A DNA stretch of 64,000 bases, from contig JAJNNC010000007.1 in NCBI GenBank assembly GCA_021730635.1, positions 25,100 through 89,099 on the forward strand, written 5' to 3'. This stretch comes from Catalimonadaceae bacterium JC749 (GTDB lineage: Bacteria; Bacteroidota; Bacteroidia; Cytophagales; Cyclobacteriaceae). Shown one piece after another: positions 9,610-19,061 of this stretch. Made by a program: the position numbers and the translations under genes. How positions within the stretch are numbered: the stretch's first letter is position 1; every line of letters begins with the position of its first letter. The notes under the pieces were generated by a model. The model was not told the origin of the DNA. It did not search any database and was given only the letters and a program-made list of their open reading frames with translations.

Positions 9610-12600
9610 ATGTGGGGAATTATACGACATAGCATCTTCCTGGTCTTTGCAGTGGTCTTCAGTTTTCACAGCCAGGCTCAGCATTTTCCTGTACAAGTTG
9701 GTATCCAACTGCCCCCTCCTCATTCATTGTATCTTTCCGATTATGTAATACCTGGTAGTCACCGGCTTTCTGTGAACATCCTTCTTACAGAACTGGATCG
9801 TATCAATTACCCGGTTAGACTGCGAATCACTATAGAAGGAAATGGTATCCATATGCGTACCCGCGAAGGTTTTATGCCATCTCCTATGGAATTGCAGGGA
9901 GGTATGCTGGAAGTTTTGTCCGCTTCAGAGCTGGCCCCCTATTTTGATCCTCTCAATCTGCAAGTAAGTGGAGCAAACCAACATCAATTCACAAGAACAA
10001 CCCAGTTGCCTGAAGGATTTTACCGTTTTTGTATAGAAGTGTTGGATTATTATACGGGCACAACGGTCTCTAACTTTGCTTGTGCCAATGCATGGTTAAT
10101 TCTTAATGAACCACCCATCATCAACGTACCTCAAGCCAACGCCAAAGTCCGCGCACAGGAACCACAGCACTTAATATTTCAATGGTCACCCCGGCATATG
10201 GGAAGCCCGAATGCTGGTTTTACAACAGAGTATGAACTAACACTAGTAGAACTATGGCCTTCCAACCGTGACCCAAACGATGCTATACGCAGTACACCTC
10301 CTGTCTTTCAGACTACTACTTTGAATACCACTTTCATCTATGGAGTTGCTGAACCTGCTTTGCTGCCTGGACGTGCCTATGCTTTCCGGGTAAGGGCAAA
10401 AAGTATGGCAGGCGTAGATAAGCTAGCGCTATTCAAAAATCAGGGATATAGTGAAACTATTATGTTTACCTATGGGGAAGAATGTAGCCAACTCCAGCAG
10501 GTACAAGCGGAAGCTTTGAGTGCCACCCGTATTAAACTATCATGGCCCTCTGCTCCAGTCCATACCGCTTACATAGTCCGCTATAGGGAAGCCGGTAGAC
10601 CTCGTGCTCACTGGTTTGAAGAAACTACCTACCTGAATGATTTTACAATCAATTCTTTGAAACCTGATACTGAGTATGAATACCAGGTGAAAGGACTATG
10701 CGGTACAGTGAATGGAGACTACACCCATAACACTAGTATCCGTACTTTATCCCGAACAGAAAATGAACTGGTATGTGGCAAACCTTTTTCATCTTATGAC
10801 CTAAGCAATCCACTGTTACTGAAACTACTTTTCATAGGCGACTATGTATATGCTGGCGACTTTGATGTACAATTAACGGAAGTATGGGGTAGTAATGGCT
10901 TATTTTCAGGAGAAGGTATTGCTGAAATGCCCCTGTTGAATATGGCCAGAGTCAAAGTTCGCTTTGAGGGCATACATGTCAACACAGACTACCGCCTCAT
11001 TGACGGAAATATTTATGCGCTGACTGACCCATCTGGCAATGGTATTCTGAATTTGGATGAAGAAAGCATAGTCAAAGTCAAAGAGAAGGTACCAGAAGGA
11101 ACTGTTGATAAAAATGCAAAGGCAATCACCATACCCTATTTTGTAGATTCAGTATATGTCAATGAGCAAGGACAGATTACAGTTGTTGACACGCTTGGAA
11201 AAGAAGCACTTTATAAACAGGAAACTCATGAAAAGACAGGAAAGAAGAAAGATACGCATCTGACCGATAGCAGTGGCAAGCGTTGGTCAGTTGATAAAGA
11301 AGGTAATGTATCCGAGACAGAGACCAACAATAATGCTGATGCTACTGCCCAGGAAAAGCTTCCTGCTGACACTTTACCTGCATTGCAGAAAGCACCTCTA
11401 TTAGTGGAATTTACCTCCGACGAACATCAGCGACAATACGGGTACGATCCACCCAGAGAAAACTATGCACCCGTCTTTTATCCCACACAATCGCTATTAG
11501 GAGAAACCTTTCCTATAGGGTACAAAGCCCTGTCCAATGGTCGACCAGAATACTTAACCGCTCAATGGCAAGGTGCCGACAGTTTGAGTAATTACATCAC
11601 TTATCAGGCAGGCAGTTTCATGGTCAATACTTCCGGACAAGCAAGAGAAGGTAAACAAAGTCTGACCCTAATTGGCCTGGGTGATCAAGCAGAAGAACAG
11701 CTAACGGCTTATCAGAAAATCATCAATACTGGGGGCAAGGAAGAAGAAGTCATCACAGGTGCGCTTCACCTGAGCAGCTATGACCCTATCTTGGAACAAC
11801 TTGTCATAATTCCGGTAAACGACATTCACAATCCCTATTCTGTTACCCATCTGCAAAACAAACTGACTGACATATACTCCCAGGCAGTCGTCAGTTGGCA
11901 GGTGACTGAAGAAACAGCACTTCAAATCAACTGGGATGAAAATGGAGATGAGAAAGTGGATGATGGATTTAGTGGAACCTTCTCTAATTACACCCTGGAG
12001 ATGAAGAATATCCTGAAGGCGTACAAGAAGGTAAAAGGTTTTGATGATGACAAGTATTACCTCTTTCTGGTAGCAGGCAGTGAAAGTGGCCAGAAACAAG
12101 GCTATATGCCTCGTAAACGACAGGCAGGTTTTATTTTCCTGGATGCTAACAAAAGCGAAGACGAATTCCTCACTACCATAGCCCATGAATTAGGACATGG
12201 TGCCTATCGCCTGGAACATATTTTCAAAGAGAAAGGCAGCACCCCAGGGCAGACTGATAATCTGATGGATTATCGTGGAGGTACTTTTCTGCACAAGTAC
12301 CAATGGGATTATATTCACAACCCTATTCATATGATTGCCCTTTTTCAGGATGATGATGACGGCGCTTATGTTTCTGAAACTTTTGCCCAGGAGGTAGGGA
12401 GGCTGATCAACTTTATTAAATGCGGTGTTCAGAGAAACAAACCTGTAGTTGACGTCTATTATGGATACCACCGTTACGATATCCCACTCAAAGATATTCT
12501 GGCTGTATTAGATTTTGGCAATAAAGGATATTTAGCCTCAGACGCATTTAAAGAAACCAAACTGCATGTGGGCATTAGCGATGGTTTACCAGGATCCAGC

Positions 12601-14715
12601 TTTTTCTTTGGCTATAAAGAAACTCAGCTGAAGATAGGACAAGCTAAATATCCACATACGTATGGGTTATTCATTCCTGCCGTTCATGGGAACATCACTT
12701 TCAAAGTACCTGACGACACAGACCCCAAGACAAAAGAAAATATTTATAGATGGCTTTTACAGGAAACAGGACTTGATTATACCCATTCTTATAAAGCATT
12801 CAATGTTAACAAGGTCCTAGACTGGAAGGCTGAAGATATCTTCTTATTCTCTTATTGTGAGCTGGAACAATTTGACAGGTCAAGCAGAGAAAGACTTCTT
12901 GTAGACCTTCTTGACGAGCAGGAAGATTATGTAGGTCAGAATAAAGACACCTATCAAAAAGTGTTGCTCAATGTATTAAACACCATTCCTGCAGCGGATA
13001 AAACACACTTTTATAATCTGTTTTTAAGAAACCCACAATGGGTCAGAACGCTCTACCAGGGAGTTTCTGCTGAGAACAAACCTAAACTAGTAAAAGTATG
13101 GCTTGCCTTATGGACAGAACATTATCAGAACCATAAGCCCAACATTAGCTCTTCAGGGAAATTTATCATTACCAATAATATTTTTGGAAATGCCAGCGAC
13201 CTAGCTGTCATAAAGGATGACGGCAGGATTTTGTTTGCAGAACCCTACCAACACGGAAAAACGAGAGCCCCTATCTCCCTGCTCATCTCCCCTTTTGATC
13301 CTGTTTATCTCTACAAACCAGAGGTCGATGCAGATAAACCCTTTACCACCTTACCCGCCATAGCAGCAAAACTGTTCATTGACCAGCAACATAGCCAGAC
13401 ACTGGAAGATTTAGGATGGACGGCCATAGAAGCAAGCTTGTATACTGTAGGGATGGGTGAGGTATGGACAGGATTACGAGGTGCGGCGGCTGCTATGGAG
13501 TTAGGAGGTGTCGCCTCCCGTAAATTTCTGCTTAACAGCGCCCGAACGAGTTTAGGGTTCGCTGATATTGCCGCAGGCATCACAACCGGATTTTGCGAGG
13601 ATTATGCAGACAGTAAATTTTGTGCCGTCTGGCAAGAGTACCAATTTTATATTGATTTAGGATTACTTACAACTTCAGTAGCGGATGGGTTGTATAGCCG
13701 CTTACGTAGCGAATATAGCCATTTACATAGTGAATATAGCGAGGTAAGCGATGAATTGACCGATGCCCAGCGTATCTATCTGGAAGAAGAGTTGGGGTTG
13801 GTTTCAGATGGGGGAAGTGTAGCCAAAGCAGAGAATCATCTAGCAGCATTTACAGGTAAAATAACCAAAGGGGGAAACAACCTGCTTGACATTCCTTCAC
13901 CCGTTGGGCAATTCAGACAGCTAAAAGGGAAAAACGGAAAAATATATAGAGCAGCAGATTTTTGGAAGCAGCGCCATGAAGATTTTGTACATTACATAAG
14001 CCAGGATGGTAAGTACTATATCAAACACGATCCTATTACAGGAAGGATGTTATTTTTGGAGATTGAAAGTCAAAAGTTTTTAGGTTATTCCTTGGATGAA
14101 GCAAAATTTATCAAAGGCAATTATGATAAATTTCTAACCAGTCTTAAAACTATTCATGGTTTACCTGGGGGTTTGAAAGTTATAAAACTTAAAAACGGAG
14201 TTACTATTATTCTAAGTGATGATAAAGCCATCGTAATGCTTGGGAAGTATAGACCAAATGATATACCAGGTATAGCAGGCGAAGTAGGAACAGATGACAT
14301 TATTGAAGATCTTTCAATTTTAAAAAATTATTCTTTTGCTGATAATGGATTCGAATTACGCCCAGGAAGTCTACATGTTCTAAATATCCCGGATGGCTTG
14401 GTAGACGGAAAAATGAGAACCTGGGAAACTTTTTTTGAAGATTTTAACAAAGAACTTTTAGATTTAGTAATTAAAAACCCCTCAAAAGCTAAATTTGTAT
14501 TAGTAACTTATCCATATGATGAACTGATGTTTACATGGAAGAATGGCAGAAAAGATGTAAATATTAATAATGGTTTATTTATCCCAAGTGGATATGCCAA
14601 AGAACTTAAATATTTGAAGGAAAATGGCATAACTAAAATTCATTTGATAGACGGAAGTCTATTTGATTTGAATCAAATAAATTTAGATAACATGAGTTTT
14701 GACTGGACAATTTAG
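9610..14715 (+). CDS. Giant secreted multidomain protein (1701 aa) with central HExxH zincin-like motif and compositionally distinct C-terminal domain; putative polymorphic toxin
   Basis: Signal peptide MWGIIRHSIFLVFAVVFSFHSQAQ. N-terminal FN3-like segment (TEYEYQVKGLCGTVNGDY). IAHELGHGAYRLEHIF at nt ~12181-12230. The last ~800 nt are markedly AT-rich compared with the rest of the gene. It is followed 12 nt later by the paralog array. The 3' end is partially duplicated at 17590-17672. Confidence 0.6.
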   Translation: MWGIIRHSIFLVFAVVFSFHSQAQHFPVQVGIQLPPPHSLYLSDYVIPGSHRLSVNILLTELDRINYPVRLRITIEGNGIHMRTREGFMPSPMELQGGMLEVLSASELAPYFDPLNLQVSGANQHQFTRTTQLPEGFYRFCIEVLDYYTGTTVSNFACANAWLILNEPPIINVPQANAKVRAQEPQHLIFQWSPRHMGSPNAGFTTEYELTLVELWPSNRDPNDAIRSTPPVFQTTTLNTTFIYGVAEPALLPGRAYAFRVRAKSMAGVDKLALFKNQGYSETIMFTYGEECSQLQQVQAEALSATRIKLSWPSAPVHTAYIVRYREAGRPRAHWFEETTYLNDFTINSLKPDTEYEYQVKGLCGTVNGDYTHNTSIRTLSRTENELVCGKPFSSYDLSNPLLLKLLFIGDYVYAGDFDVQLTEVWGSNGLFSGEGIAEMPLLNMARVKVRFEGIHVNTDYRLIDGNIYALTDPSGNGILNLDEESIVKVKEKVPEGTVDKNAKAITIPYFVDSVYVNEQGQITVVDTLGKEALYKQETHEKTGKKKDTHLTDSSGKRWSVDKEGNVSETETNNNADATAQEKLPADTLPALQKAPLLVEFTSDEHQRQYGYDPPRENYAPVFYPTQSLLGETFPIGYKALSNGRPEYLTAQWQGADSLSNYITYQAGSFMVNTSGQAREGKQSLTLIGLGDQAEEQLTAYQKIINTGGKEEEVITGALHLSSYDPILEQLVIIPVNDIHNPYSVTHLQNKLTDIYSQAVVSWQVTEETALQINWDENGDEKVDDGFSGTFSNYTLEMKNILKAYKKVKGFDDDKYYLFLVAGSESGQKQGYMPRKRQAGFIFLDANKSEDEFLTTIAHELGHGAYRLEHIFKEKGSTPGQTDNLMDYRGGTFLHKYQWDYIHNPIHMIALFQDDDDGAYVSETFAQEVGRLINFIKCGVQRNKPVVDVYYGYHRYDIPLKDILAVLDFGNKGYLASDAFKETKLHVGISDGLPGSSFFFGYKETQLKIGQAKYPHTYGLFIPAVHGNITFKVPDDTDPKTKENIYRWLLQETGLDYTHSYKAFNVNKVLDWKAEDIFLFSYCELEQFDRSSRERLLVDLLDEQEDYVGQNKDTYQKVLLNVLNTIPAADKTHFYNLFLRNPQWVRTLYQGVSAENKPKLVKVWLALWTEHYQNHKPNISSSGKFIITNNIFGNASDLAVIKDDGRILFAEPYQHGKTRAPISLLISPFDPVYLYKPEVDADKPFTTLPAIAAKLFIDQQHSQTLEDLGWTAIEASLYTVGMGEVWTGLRGAAAAMELGGVASRKFLLNSARTSLGFADIAAGITTGFCEDYADSKFCAVWQEYQFYIDLGLLTTSVADGLYSRLRSEYSHLHSEYSEVSDELTDAQRIYLEEELGLVSDGGSVAKAENHLAAFTGKITKGGNNLLDIPSPVGQFRQLKGKNGKIYRAADFWKQRHEDFVHYISQDGKYYIKHDPITGRMLFLEIESQKFLGYSLDEAKFIKGNYDKFLTSLKTIHGLPGGLKVIKLKNGVTIILSDDKAIVMLGKYRPNDIPGIAGEVGTDDIIEDLSILKNYSFADNGFELRPGSLHVLNIPDGLVDGKMRTWETFFEDFNKELLDLVIKNPSKAKFVLVTYPYDELMFTWKNGRKDVNINNGLFIPSGYAKELKYLKENGITKIHLIDGSLFDLNQINLDNMSFDWTI

Positions 14716-14726
14716 TTATATCAGCT

Positions 14727-15104
14727 ATGAAAACAGGATTTTACAGATCTCAGGTTGTTGAAGTGGAAGATAATTATGGCGGTGTAGTATATAAAAAAGC
14801 TGCGCACTATTACATCGCCTTTGTTGACTCCAACAACATATATATGATTCTTTCATCTTCAAAAGGTGAGCCTAAAATGTCTGTTTTATTATCATCTTCA
14901 GCATTGATGGATATTAAAGGATCTATTACGAAAGAGAATGAAATCACTGTTGAGATTACCTTTTACAATCCTTTCTTAAAAACCAGGGAAATATTTACAG
15001 GTAAAAAAGAAGGGGATAAGCTTTACTTGAAAGCGCATCGTGAAAACAAACCAGAAGAAATCTTTCTTGACGATGTTTTTGAGTATATCGGCACAGGAGA
15101 ATAG
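14727..15104 (+). CDS. Small paralog 1 of tandem family (125 aa); candidate cognate immunity protein
   Basis: MKTGFYRSQVVEVEDNYGGV...ITVEITFYNPFLKTREIFTGKKEGDKLYLKAHRENKPEEIFLDDVFEYIGTGE. It shares N-terminal (G.Y[RK]S..E.DNYG[GA]) and C-terminal (F.GK.EG..L.LK..R...PE.....YEY[IV]GT.E) motifs with 7 other ORFs in the array. Confidence 0.6.
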   Translation: MKTGFYRSQVVEVEDNYGGVVYKKAAHYYIAFVDSNNIYMILSSSKGEPKMSVLLSSSALMDIKGSITKENEITVEITFYNPFLKTREIFTGKKEGDKLYLKAHRENKPEEIFLDDVFEYIGTGE

Positions 15105-15121
15105 TCAGAAGCAATAACACT

Positions 15122-15520
15122 ATGAAAAAAGGACTGTATAAGAGCATCAGAGAGTCTAAAGGAGAAGACAATTACGGTGCTAATACCTTCACTGTTTACA
15201 TACGAAATTACTTACTATTTGTAGACAATGAGGTATTTAAATTTTCTATTAGTGGTTATAAGGAAAATTATGATGACCAAGAAGATTTAAGTAACCAACT
15301 AAAAAGTAATAAACATCCTTATCAAGGTCAGGTAGAAAGTTTTGATGAGAGTAAGATTAAATTTCATCTGATAGATAATTTCTTAGATGATAAGATCATT
15401 TTTGAGGGTAAAGCAGAAGGAGAGCGATTTCAGGTAAAGCGCTATAGAGTCTATAAGCCAGAAGCGATCATAGAAGAGACTTATGAATATGTGGGCACTC
15501 TTGAAGATCTTACCAGTTGA
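15122..15520 (+). CDS. Small paralog 2 (132 aa)
   Basis: MKKGLYKSIRESKGEDNYGANTF...KIIFEGKAEGERFQVKRYRVYKPEAIIEETYEYVGTLEDLTS. About 85% identical to the ORF at 18088. Confidence 0.6.
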   Translation: MKKGLYKSIRESKGEDNYGANTFTVYIRNYLLFVDNEVFKFSISGYKENYDDQEDLSNQLKSNKHPYQGQVESFDESKIKFHLIDNFLDDKIIFEGKAEGERFQVKRYRVYKPEAIIEETYEYVGTLEDLTS

Positions 15521-15585
15521 AAAAGATCAACCAATTGTATTAACAGACAAAATAGGGTTTGTCTGAACAAACTTGCTATACTTTT

Positions 15586-16020
15586 ATGAAAATAGGTATA
15601 TATAGAAGCATCAGAGAGTCTAAAGGAGAAGACAATTATGGGGCTAACGTCTTCACTATTTATAGACGCACTTACTTGGTTTTTATTGAAAATGAAGTGT
15701 TTAGCTTCTCCACCACCGGGTATAAGCATGATTTTGACGATCAAGATCAGGTAAGTAAACAACTAAAGAAAGCAAATGCAGTATTAAGGGATAAAGATTT
15801 TGTAATCCAGAATAAAATCTCTTCTCTTGAGGATGAAAATATCAAATTCTACTTAGTAGATAATTCTCTCCAAGACAAGATAATTTTTGAAGGTAAAGCA
15901 GAAGGTGAGCAACTTCATTTAAAACGTTACAGAGTTTCCCAGCCTGAAGCAGTCACAGAAAATACATATCAATACCTAGGCACATTGGAAGAAATGACCA
16001 GATTGTTTAAGGCGGATTAG
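15586..16020 (+). CDS. Small paralog 3 (~144 aa from ATG 15586; track ORF from 15559)
   Basis: MKIGIYRSIRESKGEDNYGANVF...IIFEGKAEGEQLHLKRYRVSQPEAVTENTYQYLGTLEEM. It is 100% identical to the ORF at 18525..18986. Confidence 0.6.
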   Translation: MKIGIYRSIRESKGEDNYGANVFTIYRRTYLVFIENEVFSFSTTGYKHDFDDQDQVSKQLKKANAVLRDKDFVIQNKISSLEDENIKFYLVDNSLQDKIIFEGKAEGEQLHLKRYRVSQPEAVTENTYQYLGTLEEMTRLFKAD

Positions 16021-16172
16021 AAGCTTTGATTGTTGCTGGAAACATATTAGTAAAAAGTAATCTGTTGCTTCTGTAAATCAAGAATAGATTTAATAAACCT
16101 TTTAATGAGATTAATTTCCAGCTCTTCAGGTAATCTTAAATAAATCAATTGATTCTTTGGAAGCTTTGATGA

Positions 16173-16610
16173 GTGAAGAAATTTTATTTCTTAAAAAGCC
16201 TGCTTTTATCTATTTACACCAATAAATTTCAAGTTATGATAGTGAAAAACGGGGTTTATTGTTCAATGCAAAAAAAGGAAACAGAAGAGGTTCATGGTGG
16301 TGTAACTTTACAAGACAGTTACTACCATCATATCTGCTTTTATTTTCCTGAAAACCTAGTTGGTTTTTATGGAGGTGGTAGGTTATGGTTTGCTCCTTAC
16401 TCCAGAAGAAACTTTAGATACAGCGGAGAAATTGGTAAGGTTGAAAATAATCAAATTGAATTTTCTATCATAGATCCTTACAACAATGATAAAATTCATT
16501 TTACTGGGATTGAAGAAGGAGATCAACTACAGATTAAAGCTGTAAGAAACAGTGAACCTGATAAAATATGGCTTGAAGGTACTTTTGAGTATATCGGCAC
16601 AGGAGAATAA
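16173..16610 (+). CDS. Small paralog 4 (start possibly ATG 16236)
   Basis: C-terminal family motif KIHFTGIEEGDQLQIKAVRNSEPDKIWLEGTFEYIGTGE. The N-terminus is divergent (MIVKNGVYCSMQKKETEEVHGG). Confidence 0.5.
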   Translation: MKKFYFLKSLLLSIYTNKFQVMIVKNGVYCSMQKKETEEVHGGVTLQDSYYHHICFYFPENLVGFYGGGRLWFAPYSRRNFRYSGEIGKVENNQIEFSIIDPYNNDKIHFTGIEEGDQLQIKAVRNSEPDKIWLEGTFEYIGTGE

Positions 16611-16725
16611 TTAACACTATGATCATATGATTGAAAGAAACTATCAAATTAAAAACGGATAATAGAACCATATTTCTCACAAGAATATCTGCAAAGTAAT
16701 ATTTGTTTTTGACACTTTCTTTCTA

Positions 16726-17151
16726 ATGTCTCTGTCAATCAAAATACCTAAAAATGGATTATTTAGATGCATAAAAGATACTTCTGTTGAGTATCATGCA
16801 TCTTCATTTTTTATTAATAAGGATGTTTCCTATTTAAAATTCCTTCCAAACGATCGCGCTATACTCTTTAGCAGAAGCGAGGGGAAGAGACCGGACGATG
16901 AAGATTATTTTAAATTGTATCATAAAATGGAATTACTTCAACAAGCTGAAACTTTTGAGATTTCAGCAGTTAGTTGGAATGACAATATTATCAAATTGCG
17001 ATCGCTTAGCAATGAAGCTTCCTACAATTGCATGCCTTCCTGTTTTATAGAATCTGCGTTAGCAGAAAAAAATATCACAGAACTACTGCTTGATAAGAAT
17101 CTCTCTAATGAAAAGCCTCATATCTATCAGTTTGTATCTGTAAAAAGCTGA
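16726..17151 (+). CDS. Small ORF in array, unrelated to the main paralog family (141 aa)
   Basis: MSLSIKIPKNGLFRCIKDTSVEYH... lacks the family N- and C-terminal motifs. Size, AT content and orientation match the array. Confidence 0.4.
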   Translation: MSLSIKIPKNGLFRCIKDTSVEYHASSFFINKDVSYLKFLPNDRAILFSRSEGKRPDDEDYFKLYHKMELLQQAETFEISAVSWNDNIIKLRSLSNEASYNCMPSCFIESALAEKNITELLLDKNLSNEKPHIYQFVSVKS

Positions 17152-17188
17152 CTTTTAAGTCCGAAACTTGTAACTCTAAGTTGATCAA

Positions 17189-17590
17189 ATGTTAAAAGAA
17201 TCTATATACCGAACTACAAAGGCACTTGAAAGCATAGATAATTATGGAGGTAATGCTTTCAAAAGATATGGCTATTGGTATTTATACTTTGACCAAAATA
17301 ATAAAGTATACCTATTTTCAACTGAAGGGTATGATCCTGAATTTGATGATAAAGAGCAGCTAAAAGAAATAGATAATCTCATAGAGTTTTCTCATCAAGG
17401 AGAATTAGTGGGTTTTTCGGATGGTAAAGTCAAGTTTTTTATCGACGAATTCTACTTTGGTAGGACTAATTATTCAGGAACTTTAAAAGGTAGCCAACTT
17501 AATTTAAAGCATTATAGAGAATCTGAGCCTGAAAAGGTAAATGATGAAATATATTTGTATATAGGCACTCCTGAAGATTATGTTTCATAG
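17189..17590 (+). CDS. Small paralog 6 (133 aa)
   Basis: MLKESIYRTTKALESIDNYGGNAF...NYSGTLKGSQLNLKHYRESEPEKVNDEIYLYIGTPEDYVS. Confidence 0.55.
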   Translation: MLKESIYRTTKALESIDNYGGNAFKRYGYWYLYFDQNNKVYLFSTEGYDPEFDDKEQLKEIDNLIEFSHQGELVGFSDGKVKFFIDEFYFGRTNYSGTLKGSQLNLKHYRESEPEKVNDEIYLYIGTPEDYVS

Positions 17591-17672
17591 ATTTTTTCAA
17601 CAAGTTCATTTGTTGGCCGGTGACTTACTTATCTGAAACAGATAGATTTAGATAACATGAGTTTTGACTGGA
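17590..17672 (+). pseudogene. Decayed remnant of the 3' end of the giant gene 9610..14715 (orphan toxin-tip fragment)
   Basis: 17619-17672 translates to ...YLKQIDLDNMSFDWTN*, against the gene C terminus ...NQINLDNMSFDWTI*. Weaker nucleotide similarity (ttcatttg.t.g.c.gg) extends back to ~17600, with in-frame stops. Confidence 0.55.
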
Positions 17673-17691
17673 CAAATTGACCATATTAGCT

Positions 17692-18069
17692 ATGAAAAAA
17701 GGATTTTACAGATCTCAGGTTGTTGAAGTGGAAGATAATTATGGCGGTGTTACATTTAATGTAAAAAGTTATTATCATCTGGGCTTTATTGATGAACAAA
17801 GAGTATTTTCAATATTGACTGAAGGTGAGGGTATCCCAAATTGGAGATTGTTTGAAAAAGAATTTGATAAACTTGATAATAAAGGAGCTATTACGATAGA
17901 GAATGAAAATACTGTTGAGATTACCTTTTACAATCCTTTCTTAAAAACCAGGGAAATATTTACAGGTAAAAAAGAAGGGGATAAGCTATACTTGAAAGCG
18001 CATCGTGAAAACAAACCGGACGAAGTCTTTCTTGACGATGTTTTTGAATATATCGGCACAGGAGAATAG
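17692..18069 (+). CDS. Small paralog 1' (duplicate of 14727 with diverged middle)
   Basis: MKKGFYRSQVVEVEDNYGGV...ITVEITFYNPFLKTREIFTGKKEGDKLYLKAHRENKPDEVFLDDVFEYIGTGE. The termini are near-identical to paralog 1 and the centre is different. Confidence 0.6.
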   Translation: MKKGFYRSQVVEVEDNYGGVTFNVKSYYHLGFIDEQRVFSILTEGEGIPNWRLFEKEFDKLDNKGAITIENENTVEITFYNPFLKTREIFTGKKEGDKLYLKAHRENKPDEVFLDDVFEYIGTGE

Positions 18070-18087
18070 TCAGTAATATTAAAAGTT

Positions 18088-18486
18088 ATGAAAAAAGGAG
18101 TATATAAGAGCATCAAAGATTCTGAAGGAGAAGACAATTACGGTGCTAACGCCTTCACTGTTTACATACGAAACTACTTACTATTTGTAGACGATGAGGT
18201 GTTTAAATTTTCTACCAGTAGTTCTGAAAAGAATTATGATGACCGTAAACATCTAAGCAAAAAGTTAATGAACAAAAAATACCCCTATCAAGGTCAGGTA
18301 GAAAGTTTTGATGAGAGTAAGATTAAATTTCATCTGATAGATAATTTCTTAGATGATAAGATCATCTTTGAGGGCAAAGCGGAAGGTGAGCGATTTCAGG
18401 TAAAGCGCTATAGAGTCTATAAGCCAGAAGCGATCATAGAAGAGACTTATGAATATGTGGGCACTCTTGAAGATCTTACCAGTTGA
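18088..18486 (+). CDS. Small paralog 2' (132 aa)
   Basis: Near-identical to 15122..15520 over the C-terminal two-thirds. Confidence 0.6.
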   Translation: MKKGVYKSIKDSEGEDNYGANAFTVYIRNYLLFVDDEVFKFSTSSSEKNYDDRKHLSKKLMNKKYPYQGQVESFDESKIKFHLIDNFLDDKIIFEGKAEGERFQVKRYRVYKPEAIIEETYEYVGTLEDLTS

Positions 18487-18551
18487 AAAAGATCAACCAA
18501 TTGTATTAACAGACAAAATAGGGTTTGTCTGAACAAACTTGCTATACTTTT

Positions 18552-18986
18552 ATGAAAATAGGTATATATAGAAGCATCAGAGAGTCTAAAGGAGAAGACA
18601 ATTATGGGGCTAACGTCTTCACTATTTATAGACGCACTTACTTGGTTTTTATTGAAAATGAAGTGTTTAGCTTCTCCACCACCGGGTATAAGCATGATTT
18701 TGACGATCAAGATCAGGTAAGTAAACAACTAAAGAAAGCAAATGCAGTATTAAGGGATAAAGATTTTGTAATCCAGAATAAAATCTCTTCTCTTGAGGAT
18801 GAAAATATCAAATTCTACTTAGTAGATAATTCTCTCCAAGACAAGATAATTTTTGAAGGTAAAGCAGAAGGTGAGCAACTTCATTTAAAACGTTACAGAG
18901 TTTCCCAGCCTGAAGCAGTCACAGAAAATACATATCAATACCTAGGCACATTGGAAGAAATGACCAGATTGTTTAAGGCGGATTAG
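18552..18986 (+). CDS. Small paralog 3' (identical copy of 15586..16020)
   Basis: Identical protein. Identical antisense ORFs in the track (15481..15762 and 18447..18728) confirm identity at nucleotide level. Confidence 0.6.
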   Translation: MKIGIYRSIRESKGEDNYGANVFTIYRRTYLVFIENEVFSFSTTGYKHDFDDQDQVSKQLKKANAVLRDKDFVIQNKISSLEDENIKFYLVDNSLQDKIIFEGKAEGEQLHLKRYRVSQPEAVTENTYQYLGTLEEMTRLFKAD

Positions 18987-19061
18987 CCTTATGGCATTGT
19001 TGAAATACCTATCCACCACAAAGCATCTATTCCATCAGCAATCTTAACCAAGTCTCCGTAC

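Noticed and set aside
12184-12220. Calling the HExxH region a metzincin (astacin/serralysin-type) protease
   Set aside because: The third His spacing (HExxH + 6) does not fit the HExxHxxGxxH metzincin signature. I left it as generic zincin-like.
11701-13849. Antisense ORFs (60-161 aa) inside the 1701-aa gene
   Set aside because: Same reasoning. They are nested antisense to a 5.1 kb ORF.
9610-14715. T9SS cargo (gliding adhesin-like) interpretation of the giant proteins
   Set aside because: The C-termini do not look like a T9SS CTD. The C-terminus of the 1701-aa gene is instead duplicated with array genes, which fits a polymorphic-toxin tip better.
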